A stretch of 54,245 nt of DNA from an uncultured Gammaproteobacteria bacterium (GCA_964522405.1 CAZFTR010000007.1:1-54245); one strand, 5' to 3'. Shown: positions 43,332 through 53,636, numbered from the stretch's first letter. The notes: a model not told the origin generated them from the sequence alone. Numbers and translations: made by a program.

Positions 43332-45974
43332 TTATTTAAGTACAATTTTATTTTTTTCAATATCTACATCTACTGTTGCGCCTGCATTTATCTTTCCTTC
43401 TATAATTTGCATAGCAAGTGGATCAAGAAGTTCTGTCTGAATCACACGCTTAAGTGGTCGCGCACCTAGATTTGGGTCATAGCCATGGTTTGCTAACCAG
43501 TCTTTTGCGTTTGTACTTATATTTACTTTAATTTTTTGTTTTTCAAGTCTTGAAGCAACTTTTTCCAATTGAAGATCAACGATTTGACGAATTTCCTTTT
43601 TATCCAGTGGTTGGAATATAGTGATTTCATCAATTCTATTGAGAAATTCCGGTTTAAATCTCTCTTTCAACGCTTCCATTACTTTCTCTTTCATTTTGTT
43701 AGTTTTTTGTTTAGTGCTAGCTTTACCATTTTTCTTTTCTTCAAATCCAAAATCACCTTTGCGACCCATATCCATAATAGTATCACTGGCCAGGTTGCTG
43801 GTCATAATGATAACTGTATTTTTGAAATTTACTTTTCTTCCTTTGGCATCTGTTAGATGACCATCTTCAAGAATTTGGAGCATGATATTGAAAACATCCG
43901 GATGGGCCTTTTCAACTTCATCAAGTAAAATTACGGAATATGGTTTACGTCTGATGATTTCAGTTAATTGACCGCCCTCATCAAATCCAACATACCCGGG
44001 TGGAGAGCCGATCATTTTACTCACTGCATGTTTTTCCATATATTCGGTCATATCTACTCTGACTAGAGCCTCTTCATCATTAAACATAAATTCTGCTAGA
44101 GTTTTAGCTAGTTCTGTTTTTCCAACTCCGGTTGGTCCAAGAAAGATAAAAGAACCGATTGGACGTTTTTCTTCTGAGATACCGGCTCTATTTCTTCTAA
44201 TTGCGTTTGAAATCGTAGTTATAGCTTCTGTTTGACCAATAACTCTCTTGCTCAGCTCATCTTCCATTTTAGCCAGTTTTCGAGTTTCATCCTCGAGCAT
44301 CTTGGATACAGGAATTCCAGTCCAGCGAGCCACAACTGCGGCAATGTCTTCATTGGTTACTTCTTCTTTGAGAATTCCTTTTTTCTTTTGTAGATTTGCC
44401 AGTTTTTTCTCCAGGCCAACAATGGCTTCTTCGGTTGTTGGGATTTTCCCATATCTGATTTCTGCAACTTTTTGAAGATCGCCTTTTCTTTCCATTATTT
44501 CTGCTTGCTGCTTTAGTTTATCTATTTCTTTTTTATATTCACGAATTTTAGTAATAATTCCTTTCTCATTTTGCCATTGAAGTTCAAGGGCCTTGGTTTT
44601 TTCTTTAAGATTTGCTAGATCTTCTTTTAATTTTTTCTCCCGGTCTTTTGAATCCTGATCTGTTTCTTTTTTAAGTGCGTTAAGTTCAATTTCAATCTTC
44701 ATGATCTTGCGTTTCATCTTGTCGAGATCATCAGGCATAGAATCAATTTGCATTTTAAGGGCTGAGGCAGCTTCATCTATTAAATCAATTGCTTTGTCTG
44801 GTAAATATCTATCACTGATATATCTTGAAGATAGCTCAACTGCTGAAACAAGTGAGGGATCAGTGATGCGCACACCATGATGAACTTCATATTTTTCTTT
44901 TATTCCACGAAGTATGGCAATAGCATCTTGCTCATCTGGTTCACTTACTAGTACAGGTTGAAAACGTCTTTCAAATGCAGCGTCCTTCTCTATGTGTTTC
45001 TGATATTCTTTTAGGGTGGTTGCACCAACCATGCTCAGCTCTCCGCGGGCCAGTCCTGGTTTTAACATATTAGAGGCATCAACTGCTCCGTCAGAGCTAC
45101 CAGCACCGACAATACTGTGCAACTCATCGATAAAAAGTATAATTTTCCCTTTTGCTTCTGTAATTTCTTTTATAACTGCCTTAAATCTCTCTTCAAATTC
45201 TCCTCTAAATTTAGTTCCAGCAATAAGAGATCCAATATCCAATGAAATAATTTCTTTGTCTTTTAGATTTTCAGGGACATCTCCATTTACAATTCTCTGG
45301 GCTAATCCTTCAGCAACTGCGGTTTTTCCAACCCCAGGTTCACCAATCAGTACTGGATTATTTTTTGTTCTTCGAGAGAGTACTTGCATGACTCGTCTGA
45401 TTTCATCATCACGTCCTATGACTGGATCAAGTTTTTCCTTTTGGGCTTGTTCTGTAAGGTTTAATCCGTATTTTTCTAGAGCATTGTATTTGTTTTCAGG
45501 TTGTGGGGAATCGACTCTCTGATTTCCACGAATGCTGGTTAGGGTTTTTAAAATATCACCAAATTGAACTGCTTGAGAAGCAAGAGCATCGCTAATTGGA
45601 TTTTTATTTATAAGAAAAGCGAGTAGAATATGTTCTACACTTATGTACTCATCTTTCATTTTTTTTGATTCTTGCTCAGAAGCCTGTAAAATATACATTG
45701 AGGCTTGACTAAGTAAAACCTGACCAACACCGGTAGGTGGAGCAGAAACCTGTTGACGGGGTATAGAGTTAATAAGATCTTGTATAGTTTCCTGGAGCTG
45801 TACAAGGTTTACATTTAATTTTTTTAAAACCGAAACAACCACCCCTTCGTCTTGATCAAGTAATGCCATAAAAATATGAGGTGGATCTACTTGGGGATGA
45901 CCATTTTCATTTGCTATTAGTTGTGAATTTTGAATTGCTTCTTGTGATTTATGCGTAAAGTTTTGTGGAAGCAT
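43332..45974 (-). CDS. clpB: ATP-dependent chaperone ClpB
   Basis: 880-aa ORF with two AAA+ modules ([15 protein letters not shown]; [15 protein letters not shown]), a long coiled-coil middle domain, and a Clp N-domain. Confidence 0.95.
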   Translation of the reverse strand: MLPQNFTHKSQEAIQNSQLIANENGHPQVDPPHIFMALLDQDEGVVVSVLKKLNVNLVQLQETIQDLINSIPRQQVSAPPTGVGQVLLSQASMYILQASEQESKKMKDEYISVEHILLAFLINKNPISDALASQAVQFGDILKTLTSIRGNQRVDSPQPENKYNALEKYGLNLTEQAQKEKLDPVIGRDDEIRRVMQVLSRRTKNNPVLIGEPGVGKTAVAEGLAQRIVNGDVPENLKDKEIISLDIGSLIAGTKFRGEFEERFKAVIKEITEAKGKIILFIDELHSIVGAGSSDGAVDASNMLKPGLARGELSMVGATTLKEYQKHIEKDAAFERRFQPVLVSEPDEQDAIAILRGIKEKYEVHHGVRITDPSLVSAVELSSRYISDRYLPDKAIDLIDEAASALKMQIDSMPDDLDKMKRKIMKIEIELNALKKETDQDSKDREKKLKEDLANLKEKTKALELQWQNEKGIITKIREYKKEIDKLKQQAEIMERKGDLQKVAEIRYGKIPTTEEAIVGLEKKLANLQKKKGILKEEVTNEDIAAVVARWTGIPVSKMLEDETRKLAKMEDELSKRVIGQTEAITTISNAIRRNRAGISEEKRPIGSFIFLGPTGVGKTELAKTLAEFMFNDEEALVRVDMTEYMEKHAVSKMIGSPPGYVGFDEGGQLTEIIRRKPYSVILLDEVEKAHPDVFNIMLQILEDGHLTDAKGRKVNFKNTVIIMTSNLASDTIMDMGRKGDFGFEEKKNGKASTKQKTNKMKEKVMEALKERFKPEFLNRIDEITIFQPLDKKEIRQIVDLQLEKVASRLEKQKIKVNISTNAKDWLANHGYDPNLGARPLKRVIQTELLDPLAMQIIEGKINAGATVDVDIEKNKIVLK

Positions 45975-45986
45975 AATATGTATAAT

Positions 45987-46706
45987 TTATCTAGTAATAT
46001 ATTTTGTTACAAAATACCTAATCATCTGTTGAAATGTTTCAGAAGATCTAAATTCTCTTTTGTGGCGCAATGCAACCTTTTCTTCATTGTATAGTTCTTC
46101 TGCTCTTTTTAAATAGGCTAATGCTTTTCTTTTTTTTGCTCCTTCAAGCTCAGATAAGATAGTGTTGTGTAGTTCAAAAAAATTAAAATCCTTTTTAGCT
46201 CTTCCATATCCATCATCTGACCAGCCATTAAAAGCATCTATATATTGTATTCTCCCTTTATCGTCAACAATATAATTATTGAACGACCTATCGACGCCCA
46301 AACCAGCGTTTAATAATTTATTTTTAATAGAGTGATGTCCAGGTCTTGGCTCCTCATACATGTTTCTACTTGATTCTTTATCAATGTTGACTCTCTCATT
46401 TATTGTCTGTGGATTAGGCTCTGCAGCAGAGACAAGATGTATATTTGGTACATTCTCAGGAAAAAGCAAATACGCAATTTTTCCAAGGTAATACTGTACT
46501 TTAACAAATCTTTCACTTCGATAAATATCTTTATATTCAGTATCTTTAGAAAAATGCGGCCCTTCAAAAGTCTTTATTACTTTTTTTGGGTTATCATCTG
46601 AATATACTTTTTTTTCTTCTCCAGCACCTAACTCCTGATTATGATTAATTTTTGACCTTGGCATTTCTGGCATATATTTATAATGACTTCGGAAGTTTAT
46701 TAGCAC
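45987..46706 (-). CDS. Hypothetical protein, possibly an atypical kinase-like fold
   Basis: 239-aa ORF. GTG at 46706 or ATG at 46673 (MPEMPRSK) is the possible start. There are weak G-loop/VxK-like (LGAGEEKKVY..VIKTF) and DFG-like (IQYIDAFNGW) stretches. The family call is low confidence. Confidence 0.6.
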   Translation of the reverse strand: MLINFRSHYKYMPEMPRSKINHNQELGAGEEKKVYSDDNPKKVIKTFEGPHFSKDTEYKDIYRSERFVKVQYYLGKIAYLLFPENVPNIHLVSAAEPNPQTINERVNIDKESSRNMYEEPRPGHHSIKNKLLNAGLGVDRSFNNYIVDDKGRIQYIDAFNGWSDDGYGRAKKDFNFFELHNTILSELEGAKKRKALAYLKRAEELYNEEKVALRHKREFRSSETFQQMIRYFVTKYITR

Positions 46707-46726
46707 TCATAGTACTTGAGTGCTAA
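46700..46726. promoter_or_regulatory. Perfect 10-bp inverted repeat (candidate operator) in a divergent spacer
   Basis: TTAGCACTCA-tagtact-TGAGTGCTAA, with no adjacent T-run. It overlaps the longest possible start of the 45987..46706 ORF. Confidence 0.4.
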
Positions 46727-46795
46727 TAACTATAACATACTGGAAAAAAATGTCAACTAGTGATAAACTAGCGTTATTATAGCATAAATTTAGTC

Positions 46796-47551
46796 ATGAT
46801 ATTGCTCGGAATACGAATAGATAATCTGTCAAAAAAAAAGGCGATTGAAAAAATTGTTAATTTTTTGGACGGTGGACAACATAAAATTTTTACTCCAAAT
46901 CCTGAAATGTTGGTTGATGCAAGTAGGGATGATTATTTTAGAGAAGTTCTTAATAGTGGCTCACTTAATATTTGTGATGGTTCTGGTATAAAATTAGTTT
47001 CAAAAGAAAAAATACAGAGAATTCCAGGTATTGATTTCATGTTAGATATTTGTCAGGTTGCAGAAAGTAAGGGTAAGAGTATTTATCTACTTGGATCTGG
47101 AAGTAGAGAAGTGCTTGATAAAACTATTGTTAATTTAAAATTAAAATTTACGAATTTACGAATAGCCGGCTCAAATCAAGGTCCAAAAATAGAAATGCAG
47201 AAAGAAAATGAAAGAATAGTGAATAAAATAGACCAGAATCAGAACGAGCAACTAGTTGATGATATAATAATGGCAGCTCCTGATATATTATTTGTTGGAT
47301 TTGGTCACTCTAAACAAGAAAAATGGATTGATGAAAATTTATCACAACTTCCAAGTATAAAAATCGCTATGGGAGTTGGTGGATCATTTGATTATATTGC
47401 CGGTAAAATAAAAAGAGCACCAAAATTAGTGCAGAGAATAGGATTTGAGTGGTTGTGGAGATTAATTCATCAGCCAAGTCGAATTAAGAGAATTTATAAA
47501 GCAACAGCAGTATTTATGTTTAAGGTTTTTTTTACAAAAAAAGCTCTATAA
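46796..47551 (+). CDS. WecB/TagA/CpsF family glycosyltransferase
   Basis: 251-aa ORF. FTPNPEMLV, GIDFM, FVGFGHSKQEKWI and RAPKLVQRIGFEWLWRLIHQPSR motifs. Confidence 0.85.
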   Translation: MILLGIRIDNLSKKKAIEKIVNFLDGGQHKIFTPNPEMLVDASRDDYFREVLNSGSLNICDGSGIKLVSKEKIQRIPGIDFMLDICQVAESKGKSIYLLGSGSREVLDKTIVNLKLKFTNLRIAGSNQGPKIEMQKENERIVNKIDQNQNEQLVDDIIMAAPDILFVGFGHSKQEKWIDENLSQLPSIKIAMGVGGSFDYIAGKIKRAPKLVQRIGFEWLWRLIHQPSRIKRIYKATAVFMFKVFFTKKAL

Positions 47552-47554
47552 AAT

Positions 47555-48020
47555 GTGTGACCCTCGCGTTCGTGCGAACCGAGGGTCGGGTAGCGGTGAT
47601 GGCGTCGACTGGGCCGGTTGTGTTGTTCAGGCCACGAGGCTGAGCGCGGCGAACGGAATACGGGAACCCGTGTCCTGATCCACGATGCAGTCTTCGATCT
47701 CGGCCTCGCCAGTCTCCTTGCGGAAGAACATGACGAAGTCAATGTTGAAGCTTACGCCGTTCATGGCGCAGATGCGCCCGTGGATGCGAACCCGAACCCC
47801 GTGTTGGTTCTGGTTGAGCTCGTAGATCACCAGCTTGCCAGGCCGATGCCACTTGCCGTTGCTGTCTCGGCAGCCAGTGGTCATACGTCCGAAGTAGACC
47901 TGAGCCATGGGCTCGAGATCATGCGGAATTGCCAGCACATGATGCGCCGGCAATCGGCGTACGAGTGCATCGCCGATTTCCTCCCTGGTATACATTGTTG
48001 CGGACCCTCCGTGTCCTCTA
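47555..48020. other. GC-rich islet 6
   Basis: The GC-rich segment begins 4 nt after the WecB-like stop. The hairpin is GACCCTCG-cgttcgtgcgaac-CGAGGGTC (47559-47587). Confidence 0.6.
47627..47995 (-). CDS. Hypothetical protein encoded in GC-rich islet 6
   Basis: 122 aa (MYTREEIGDALVRRLPAHHVLAIPHDLEPMAQVYFGRMTTGC...). ATG at 47995 is preceded by SD GGAGGG. The track ORF starts at TTG 48031. No family recognised. Confidence 0.6.
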   Translation of the reverse strand: MYTREEIGDALVRRLPAHHVLAIPHDLEPMAQVYFGRMTTGCRDSNGKWHRPGKLVIYELNQNQHGVRVRIHGRICAMNGVSFNIDFVMFFRKETGEAEIEDCIVDQDTGSRIPFAALSLVA

Positions 48021-48031
48021 ATTCTGAACAA

Positions 48032-48060
48032 ATTTTAATCCATAAAATAATATTAGTCAA
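48032..48060 (-). promoter_or_regulatory. Promoter-like TTGACT-17-TAAAAT pointing into islet 6
   Basis: Minus strand: TTGACT (48060-48055), 17-nt spacer, TAAAAT (48037-48032). It lies in AT-rich DNA just outside the islet. Confidence 0.45.
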
Positions 48061-48090
48061 ATAATCCAGGTGTGAATTAAATTTAAATAT

Positions 48091-48846
48091 ATGGTTTCAA
48101 AAAAAATAGTAAAACATATCAATAAATTGCAACAAAAAAAATATCGGAGAGAGAATAAAGAATTTGTAGTTGATGGTTTAAAAGGAGTTTCTGAAGCTCT
48201 CAGTTCTGATCTAGAGGTTTTAATGCTTCTAGTTGAAGGAAGTAGAAGAGATGAAGAAAATTTTGCTGAATTGATTAGAAAAGCAGAAGAACAGTCTGTT
48301 GTTGTAGAATTTATATCCAGAAAGGAAATTGGCGATATAAAAAGCACAGATACTTTTCCGGGAATTATGGCTGTGGTTACTCAACAAGATATCTCTCTTG
48401 AAGGTTTATTAAATAATTCGGCAGTTATTTGCCTTGATGGGGTCAAAGATCCTGGAAATCTTGGTACAATTATCAGAACTGCAGATTGGTTTGGAATCAA
48501 GAATATTTTACTCAGTGAAGACTGTGTTGATCCATATAACCCAAAAGTGGTTCGTAGCACTATGGGTTCAATTATGCATTTGAATATTTTTGAGAGTCTT
48601 GATCTCTTAAAAACTTTGGAAAAACTTAGAGTCGATTACAAGATTTTTGGTCTCACAATGAACGGTCAGCAAATAGATAGTATCAAATCCGAAAAAAAGG
48701 CAGTTTATATATTTGGAAGTGAATCACATGGAGTAAGAAAAGAAGTTGAAGATATGTTTGATGCAGAGTATACTATTCTCGGAAAAGGGCGTGCAGAATC
48801 ACTAAATGTAGCGGTTGCTGCAGCCATATTGATGAGTAAATTATAA
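48091..48846 (+). CDS. TrmH/SpoU family RNA 2'-O-methyltransferase
   Basis: 251-aa ORF. LDGVKDPGNLGTIIRTADWFG, IFGSESHGV and ESLNVAVAAAILM (SPOUT knot) motifs. Confidence 0.85.
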   Translation: MVSKKIVKHINKLQQKKYRRENKEFVVDGLKGVSEALSSDLEVLMLLVEGSRRDEENFAELIRKAEEQSVVVEFISRKEIGDIKSTDTFPGIMAVVTQQDISLEGLLNNSAVICLDGVKDPGNLGTIIRTADWFGIKNILLSEDCVDPYNPKVVRSTMGSIMHLNIFESLDLLKTLEKLRVDYKIFGLTMNGQQIDSIKSEKKAVYIFGSESHGVRKEVEDMFDAEYTILGKGRAESLNVAVAAAILMSKL

Positions 48847-48861
48847 ATAAGTATAGATTTT

Positions 48862-50346
48862 ATGATAAAAACAAGATTTGCACCAAGTCCAACCGGTTTT
48901 TTACATGTTGGAGGACTTAGAACAGCACTTTTTGAATATCTTTTTGCCAAGAAAAACAATGGAGTTTTTTTGATGCGTATAGAAGACACAGATAGAGAAA
49001 GATTTGTGGAGGGTGGAGTAGAAAACCTGGTAAACTCTCTGAAGTGGGTTGGAATAGAGATTGACGAGGGTGTGGATATAGATGAAAATGGCAAAATTTT
49101 TCAAAAGGGTGATCATGGGCCATATATTCAATCAGAAAGATTGGAAATATATCAAAAATATCTAGATCAGCTAATAGAGTCTGGGAATGCATATCATTGT
49201 TTTTGTAGTAGGGAGCGTCTGGATGAGCTTCGAAAAATGCAGGAGTTAAATAAACAGGCAACAGGCTATGATGGTCTTTGTCGAAATTTGACCAAAGAAG
49301 AGGTAGAATCAAAAATCAATTCCGGAGAATCTTCTGTGGTACGTATGAAAATGCCTGATGATGGAGTTACCAAATTTACAGATATGGTTCGTGGAGAAGT
49401 TGAATTTCAAAATAGTTTAATTGATGATCAGATTATTCGTAAAACAGATGGATTTCCAACTTATCATCTGGCAAATGTAGTCGATGATCATGAGATGAAG
49501 ATAACCCATGTAATTCGTGGGGAAGAGTGGCTTCCTTCAACACCAAAACATATTATGCTTTATAATATGTTTGGTTGGGAAGTCCCTGAATTTGCGCATT
49601 TATCATTACTTGTCAATGAAAAAAAAGCAAAGCTTAGCAAGCGTCATGGAGATGTTTCTGTTGAGGATTTTAAGGAAAAGGGATATTTACCAGAAGCATT
49701 GATAAACTTTATTGCTTTTCTTGGTTGGAATCCTGGCGATGAAAGAGAGTTTTTTAGTTTAAAGGAATTGGAGCAGGAATTTGATTTTGAAAAAGTCGCA
49801 AAATCTCCAGCTGTATTTAACCGTGAAAAACTTGCTTGGTACAACAAAGAATATTTTAGAAGCGCGGACTTATGTGAGTTTACCAAAAAATCAATTCCTT
49901 TTTTGGTAAATGCAGGACTTATAACTCACCAAGAAGCTTGCACTGAAGACACCTTTGAATGGTTAAAGGGGGTCGTAGCTCTAGAAAAAGAACGGGCTGA
50001 AACTTTTTCTGAACTTGTTGAGGCTTTGGGCTTTATTTTTGCTGAGAGTTTGGAATATGAATCAGAACTTCTGGTTTGGAAAAAGAGCACAAGAGAAGAT
50101 GCACAAGAAAAATTAGGTTTGTTAGCTGCTGAGCTTGAAAAACAAGAAGACTGGAATGCAGACGATTTAGAAAAAAGAATAATTCCTTGGATAAAAGAAA
50201 ATGAGTTTGGAGTAGGGGATGTACTTTGGCCAACGCGAGTAGCTCTATCAGGTCAGAAAAATTCTCCAGGTCCTTTTGAAATAGCAGCTGCACTTGGAAA
50301 AGAAAAGGCTTTAGATAGAATTAATTTTGCTATAGATAAATTATAA
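48862..50346 (+). CDS. gltX: Glutamate--tRNA ligase
   Basis: 494-aa ORF. RFAPSPTGFLHVGGLRTALF (HIGH region) and KLSKRHG (KMSKS) motifs. Confidence 0.93.
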   Translation: MIKTRFAPSPTGFLHVGGLRTALFEYLFAKKNNGVFLMRIEDTDRERFVEGGVENLVNSLKWVGIEIDEGVDIDENGKIFQKGDHGPYIQSERLEIYQKYLDQLIESGNAYHCFCSRERLDELRKMQELNKQATGYDGLCRNLTKEEVESKINSGESSVVRMKMPDDGVTKFTDMVRGEVEFQNSLIDDQIIRKTDGFPTYHLANVVDDHEMKITHVIRGEEWLPSTPKHIMLYNMFGWEVPEFAHLSLLVNEKKAKLSKRHGDVSVEDFKEKGYLPEALINFIAFLGWNPGDEREFFSLKELEQEFDFEKVAKSPAVFNREKLAWYNKEYFRSADLCEFTKKSIPFLVNAGLITHQEACTEDTFEWLKGVVALEKERAETFSELVEALGFIFAESLEYESELLVWKKSTREDAQEKLGLLAAELEKQEDWNADDLEKRIIPWIKENEFGVGDVLWPTRVALSGQKNSPGPFEIAAALGKEKALDRINFAIDKL

Positions 50347-50969
50347 TGCAATACCTTGTTTTAATCGGAACAGTGACACTGGTGCATTTTCTAGCCCTGA
50401 TAAGTCCAGGTCCTGATTTTATTATGACAGTTAGAAATTCTCTTTCTTATTCGCGTAAGATTGGTTTTTGGACATCATTTGGTTTGTGTTTGGGAATTTC
50501 TGTGCATATATTTTATTCTATTGCTGGCCTGGCTTTGATAATTTCAAAATCTATAATTATTTTTAATTTTATTAAATTTTTAGGTGCTGGATACTTGATT
50601 TTTATCGGTGTAAAATCTTTTTTTTCTAAATCATCAAAAATTAGAGAAATTGAAAAAATAAAGAATGATATTTCAAAGTTTAAAGCGCTAAAAATGGGAT
50701 TTTTTACAAATGTACTTAATCCAAAAGTTACCTTATTTTTTCTTAGTATATTCACTTTTGTAATTTCACCAGACACGCCCTGGTTTGTTATCCTGATTTT
50801 AGGGGTAATTATGGTTGTAAATACCTTTCTCTGGTTTTCATTTGTTGCAACTATTTTTACGCATGATAAAATTAGGAAGGGATTTGAGAAATTTCAAGGA
50901 ATTTTTAATAAGATATTTGGAGGATTGCTTGTGGCTATTGGTCTAAAAGTGGCACTTACAGATAAATAG
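50346..50969 (+). CDS. LysE/RhtB family amino-acid exporter
   Basis: 207-aa ORF with 5-6 TM helices and an N-terminal ISPGPDF motif. The start overlaps the gltX stop (ATAATG). Confidence 0.85.
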   Translation: MQYLVLIGTVTLVHFLALISPGPDFIMTVRNSLSYSRKIGFWTSFGLCLGISVHIFYSIAGLALIISKSIIIFNFIKFLGAGYLIFIGVKSFFSKSSKIREIEKIKNDISKFKALKMGFFTNVLNPKVTLFFLSIFTFVISPDTPWFVILILGVIMVVNTFLWFSFVATIFTHDKIRKGFEKFQGIFNKIFGGLLVAIGLKVALTDK

Positions 50970-50989
50970 TTTTGTGATATAATATACTC

Positions 50990-52234
50990 ATGAAACGAAT
51001 TTTGACAATTCTAATTATTATCATATTCGGCTTTGCTTCACAGCCGTATTTTGTATTTAGCGCGCCAGAAGTATCTACAGCTGGTAATAAAGAAGAGGTT
51101 GACACTCTTAATCAGAAAATACTTGAAAAAAAAGCAAAAATAAAAGAAATTGAAAAATCTATAGAAGCTTATAAGAAAAAAATTACCCAGAAACGCCTTG
51201 AGTCAGTTTCTCTTTCAAATCAAATTGGGCTTTTAGATAATCGCCTTAAACAAATTGAACTGGATATCGAAGTTACAGAGGCTAGGATTGAAACTATTAA
51301 TCTTGAAATTGAGCAACTTGCTTTGGCAATTGAAGACAAAGAAGAATTAATTGAAAGACAAAAAGAGATTTTAGCGGAATTTATTCGTACACTTCATTTT
51401 GAGAATGATAAAAAATTTATTGAAATTTTGGCTGCTTATGATAGTTTTTCAGATTTTTATAATCGAGTTAGGTATTTGCAAAAAATTGAAAAAGATTTAA
51501 ATGTCCATGCAAATTCTCTCAAGTTGGCTAAAGTTGATCTTGAAGACAAGAAACTTAATTCAGAGAATAAAAAAGGTGTTTACGAGGATCTAGAAGAAAA
51601 TCTTGAAGATAAGAAGAAAGACGTGGAAGAGCAGACTTTTGCTAAGCATACTGTTTTGGCTCAATCTCAATCATCTGAATTACAGTATAAAACTTTAGTA
51701 AATAATCTTCGATCACAATATCAGGAAATTGAGGGAGAAATTAGCGGTATTGAACAAGAAGTTAGGAAACGTTTAGAAAGCAGTGATTCTTTTGCAACAG
51801 ATCCAGATGATCCAGGAATTCTTTCTTGGCCAACCCAGAGTAGATACATAACAGCACAGTTTCATGATCCTGGCTATCCTTATCGTCATGTTTTTGAGCA
51901 TAATGCTGTTGATATTCGTGCTGCTCAGGGTACAACGGTTAGGGCAGTAGCTTCAGGATACATGGCTCGAGTTAAAAATTGTTTTAGAGCCTCTTGTTAT
52001 GCATACGCTATGATTGTTCACTCAGGGGGTATTTCAACGGTATATGGACACTTAAGTAAAATAGTTGTTCAAGAAGATCAGTTTGTGACTAGGGGAGATA
52101 TTATTGGTTATTCTGGAGCTAGGCCTGGAACTATTGGCGCTGGTCCTTTTACAACTGGGCCACATCTTCATTTTGAAGTTAGAAAAAACGGTATTCCTGT
52201 TAATCCGCTTAGTTATCTGGTGAAGGATTATTAG
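50990..52234 (+). CDS. M23 family peptidoglycan metalloendopeptidase with N-terminal coiled coil (EnvC-like)
   Basis: 414-aa ORF with a signal peptide and a long coiled coil. The C-terminal HNAVDIRA...YGHLS...GPHLHFEV zinc motifs match LytM/M23. Confidence 0.85.
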   Translation: MKRILTILIIIIFGFASQPYFVFSAPEVSTAGNKEEVDTLNQKILEKKAKIKEIEKSIEAYKKKITQKRLESVSLSNQIGLLDNRLKQIELDIEVTEARIETINLEIEQLALAIEDKEELIERQKEILAEFIRTLHFENDKKFIEILAAYDSFSDFYNRVRYLQKIEKDLNVHANSLKLAKVDLEDKKLNSENKKGVYEDLEENLEDKKKDVEEQTFAKHTVLAQSQSSELQYKTLVNNLRSQYQEIEGEISGIEQEVRKRLESSDSFATDPDDPGILSWPTQSRYITAQFHDPGYPYRHVFEHNAVDIRAAQGTTVRAVASGYMARVKNCFRASCYAYAMIVHSGGISTVYGHLSKIVVQEDQFVTRGDIIGYSGARPGTIGAGPFTTGPHLHFEVRKNGIPVNPLSYLVKDY

Positions 52235-52246
52235 TTAAATTAAAAT

Positions 52247-53389
52247 ATGCAATTAAAAGTTAAGACAAGAAGTAAAACAAAATTAGTTGTTATATTCTTG
52301 ATAGGTTTATTTTTAGTAGGTGGTTTAGCATGGGGTTTTGTACCTATGCCTAGAAAAATTACTATTACTCACAAAGGTAAAGAATTGTCTGATTATTCAT
52401 ATGCCAAGGCATTTTCAAACAAATATTTTTCTAATAAAAAGGCAGGTTGTTACTTGAGTATTGAGGGGAAAGCAATTCTACTTAGTGATAAAAAAGATAC
52501 TGATTGTGGAAGTATTTTTGTTGCTAATAGGTATGCAGGAAGAAAAATTTTTTTTAGATTATTAACCTCTCTTGAGTACACAGGTTTCACAGAAAAAGAT
52601 ATTTTAAACACTAAGAATGAATTAAAAGTATATAGGGTTATTAATTTTAAAATAACTGATGTGTTCGCAGGTCTTGAAAAAAGTTTTGAAGCAAATACTT
52701 GCAAAGAAATAAAGTATTTTGGTGTTCCACTAAGTTGTTTTAATAAAATTACAGGACAAAAACCAGATAATTTGAAATATATTATAAAATATTTTACTAT
52801 TTTGAAATATACAAATAATCTTGAACATCAAAATCAATTAGTGGGTAAGATGGTAAAACCTTTTGATTTTATTCTTAATAGTGGTGTTAAATATTATGAT
52901 GCTTCTTATCCAAATTTCTATGGTGAGTCATTAGAAAGTACAAAGTGCACTGAAGATAAGGGTGATGCTAATTATCAAGATGGAAAGGTTTATGTATGTT
53001 CAAAAATTTTAAAAAAAATGAACCCAAATAAAGAAATCAGATATGCTGCAACAATGTATCATGAGGCTAATCATCTACATCAGGAAGGTCATAGTTTTTA
53101 CCATACCGAAGACATGAATGAAGATATGGATACTGACACTCTTTTAAGTCTTAATATTAAAAATAGTTGTAAAAAAACCAATACCTACATGCCAAGAAGA
53201 AGAGATTGGGATTTTAATAGTGTAAATGGAGCACATATTAATTACCTATTTTCTATCTCAGAAAATTCTTTAGTAGAGTGTCAATCGCGTATATTTGCTT
53301 TCAAAGAAGCAGAAGAAAAGATGAAGTTGAAATTATGCCAATTTCCAAATAAACCATATCACAACCATCAGAAGCCAGATTGTAATTAG
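52247..53389 (+). CDS. Hypothetical anchored protein with an HExxH motif
   Basis: 380-aa ORF with an N-terminal TM helix. It has a single MYHEANHLHQEGH (HExxH) motif and several Cys. No family recognised. Confidence 0.6.
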   Translation: MQLKVKTRSKTKLVVIFLIGLFLVGGLAWGFVPMPRKITITHKGKELSDYSYAKAFSNKYFSNKKAGCYLSIEGKAILLSDKKDTDCGSIFVANRYAGRKIFFRLLTSLEYTGFTEKDILNTKNELKVYRVINFKITDVFAGLEKSFEANTCKEIKYFGVPLSCFNKITGQKPDNLKYIIKYFTILKYTNNLEHQNQLVGKMVKPFDFILNSGVKYYDASYPNFYGESLESTKCTEDKGDANYQDGKVYVCSKILKKMNPNKEIRYAATMYHEANHLHQEGHSFYHTEDMNEDMDTDTLLSLNIKNSCKKTNTYMPRRRDWDFNSVNGAHINYLFSISENSLVECQSRIFAFKEAEEKMKLKLCQFPNKPYHNHQKPDCN

Positions 53390-53405
53390 AGGTTTTTCCT
53401 ATTTG

Positions 53406-53433
53406 AAAAAACTCGGAAGCTCCGAGTTTTTTT
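53406..53433 (+). terminator. Rho-independent terminator
   Basis: AAAAA-ACTCGGA-agc-TCCGAGT-TTTTTT. Confidence 0.7.
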
Positions 53434-53518
53434 ATTTTGTTGGTTTATCAACACCTATCCCCTCGGGGCATAAGTAAGAGTTATACACAATCGCAAAGAC
53501 TTGAGACACTAGCGTATC

Positions 53519-53549
53519 AATAAAAAATCTGATATAGTAGTATCAGATT
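53519..53549 (-). terminator. Rho-independent terminator downstream of the atypical tRNA
   Basis: Minus strand: AATCTGATA-ctacta-TATCAGATT followed by TTTTTTATT. Confidence 0.5.
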
Positions 53550-53608
53550 AAGGAGGAACTTAAAAATATGAAGTCCATGCTAGAACAAACACACTTCTTT
53601 GTCAACTC

Positions 53609-53636
53609 TTGACAATTTTTTTGGTTTATGTATAAT
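53609..53636 (+). promoter_or_regulatory. Near-consensus promoter TTGACA-16-TATAAT reading antisense into the tRNA gene
   Basis: TTGACA at 53609-53614 and TATAAT at 53631-53636 on the plus strand. The only downstream element is the minus-strand tRNA. Confidence 0.4.
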
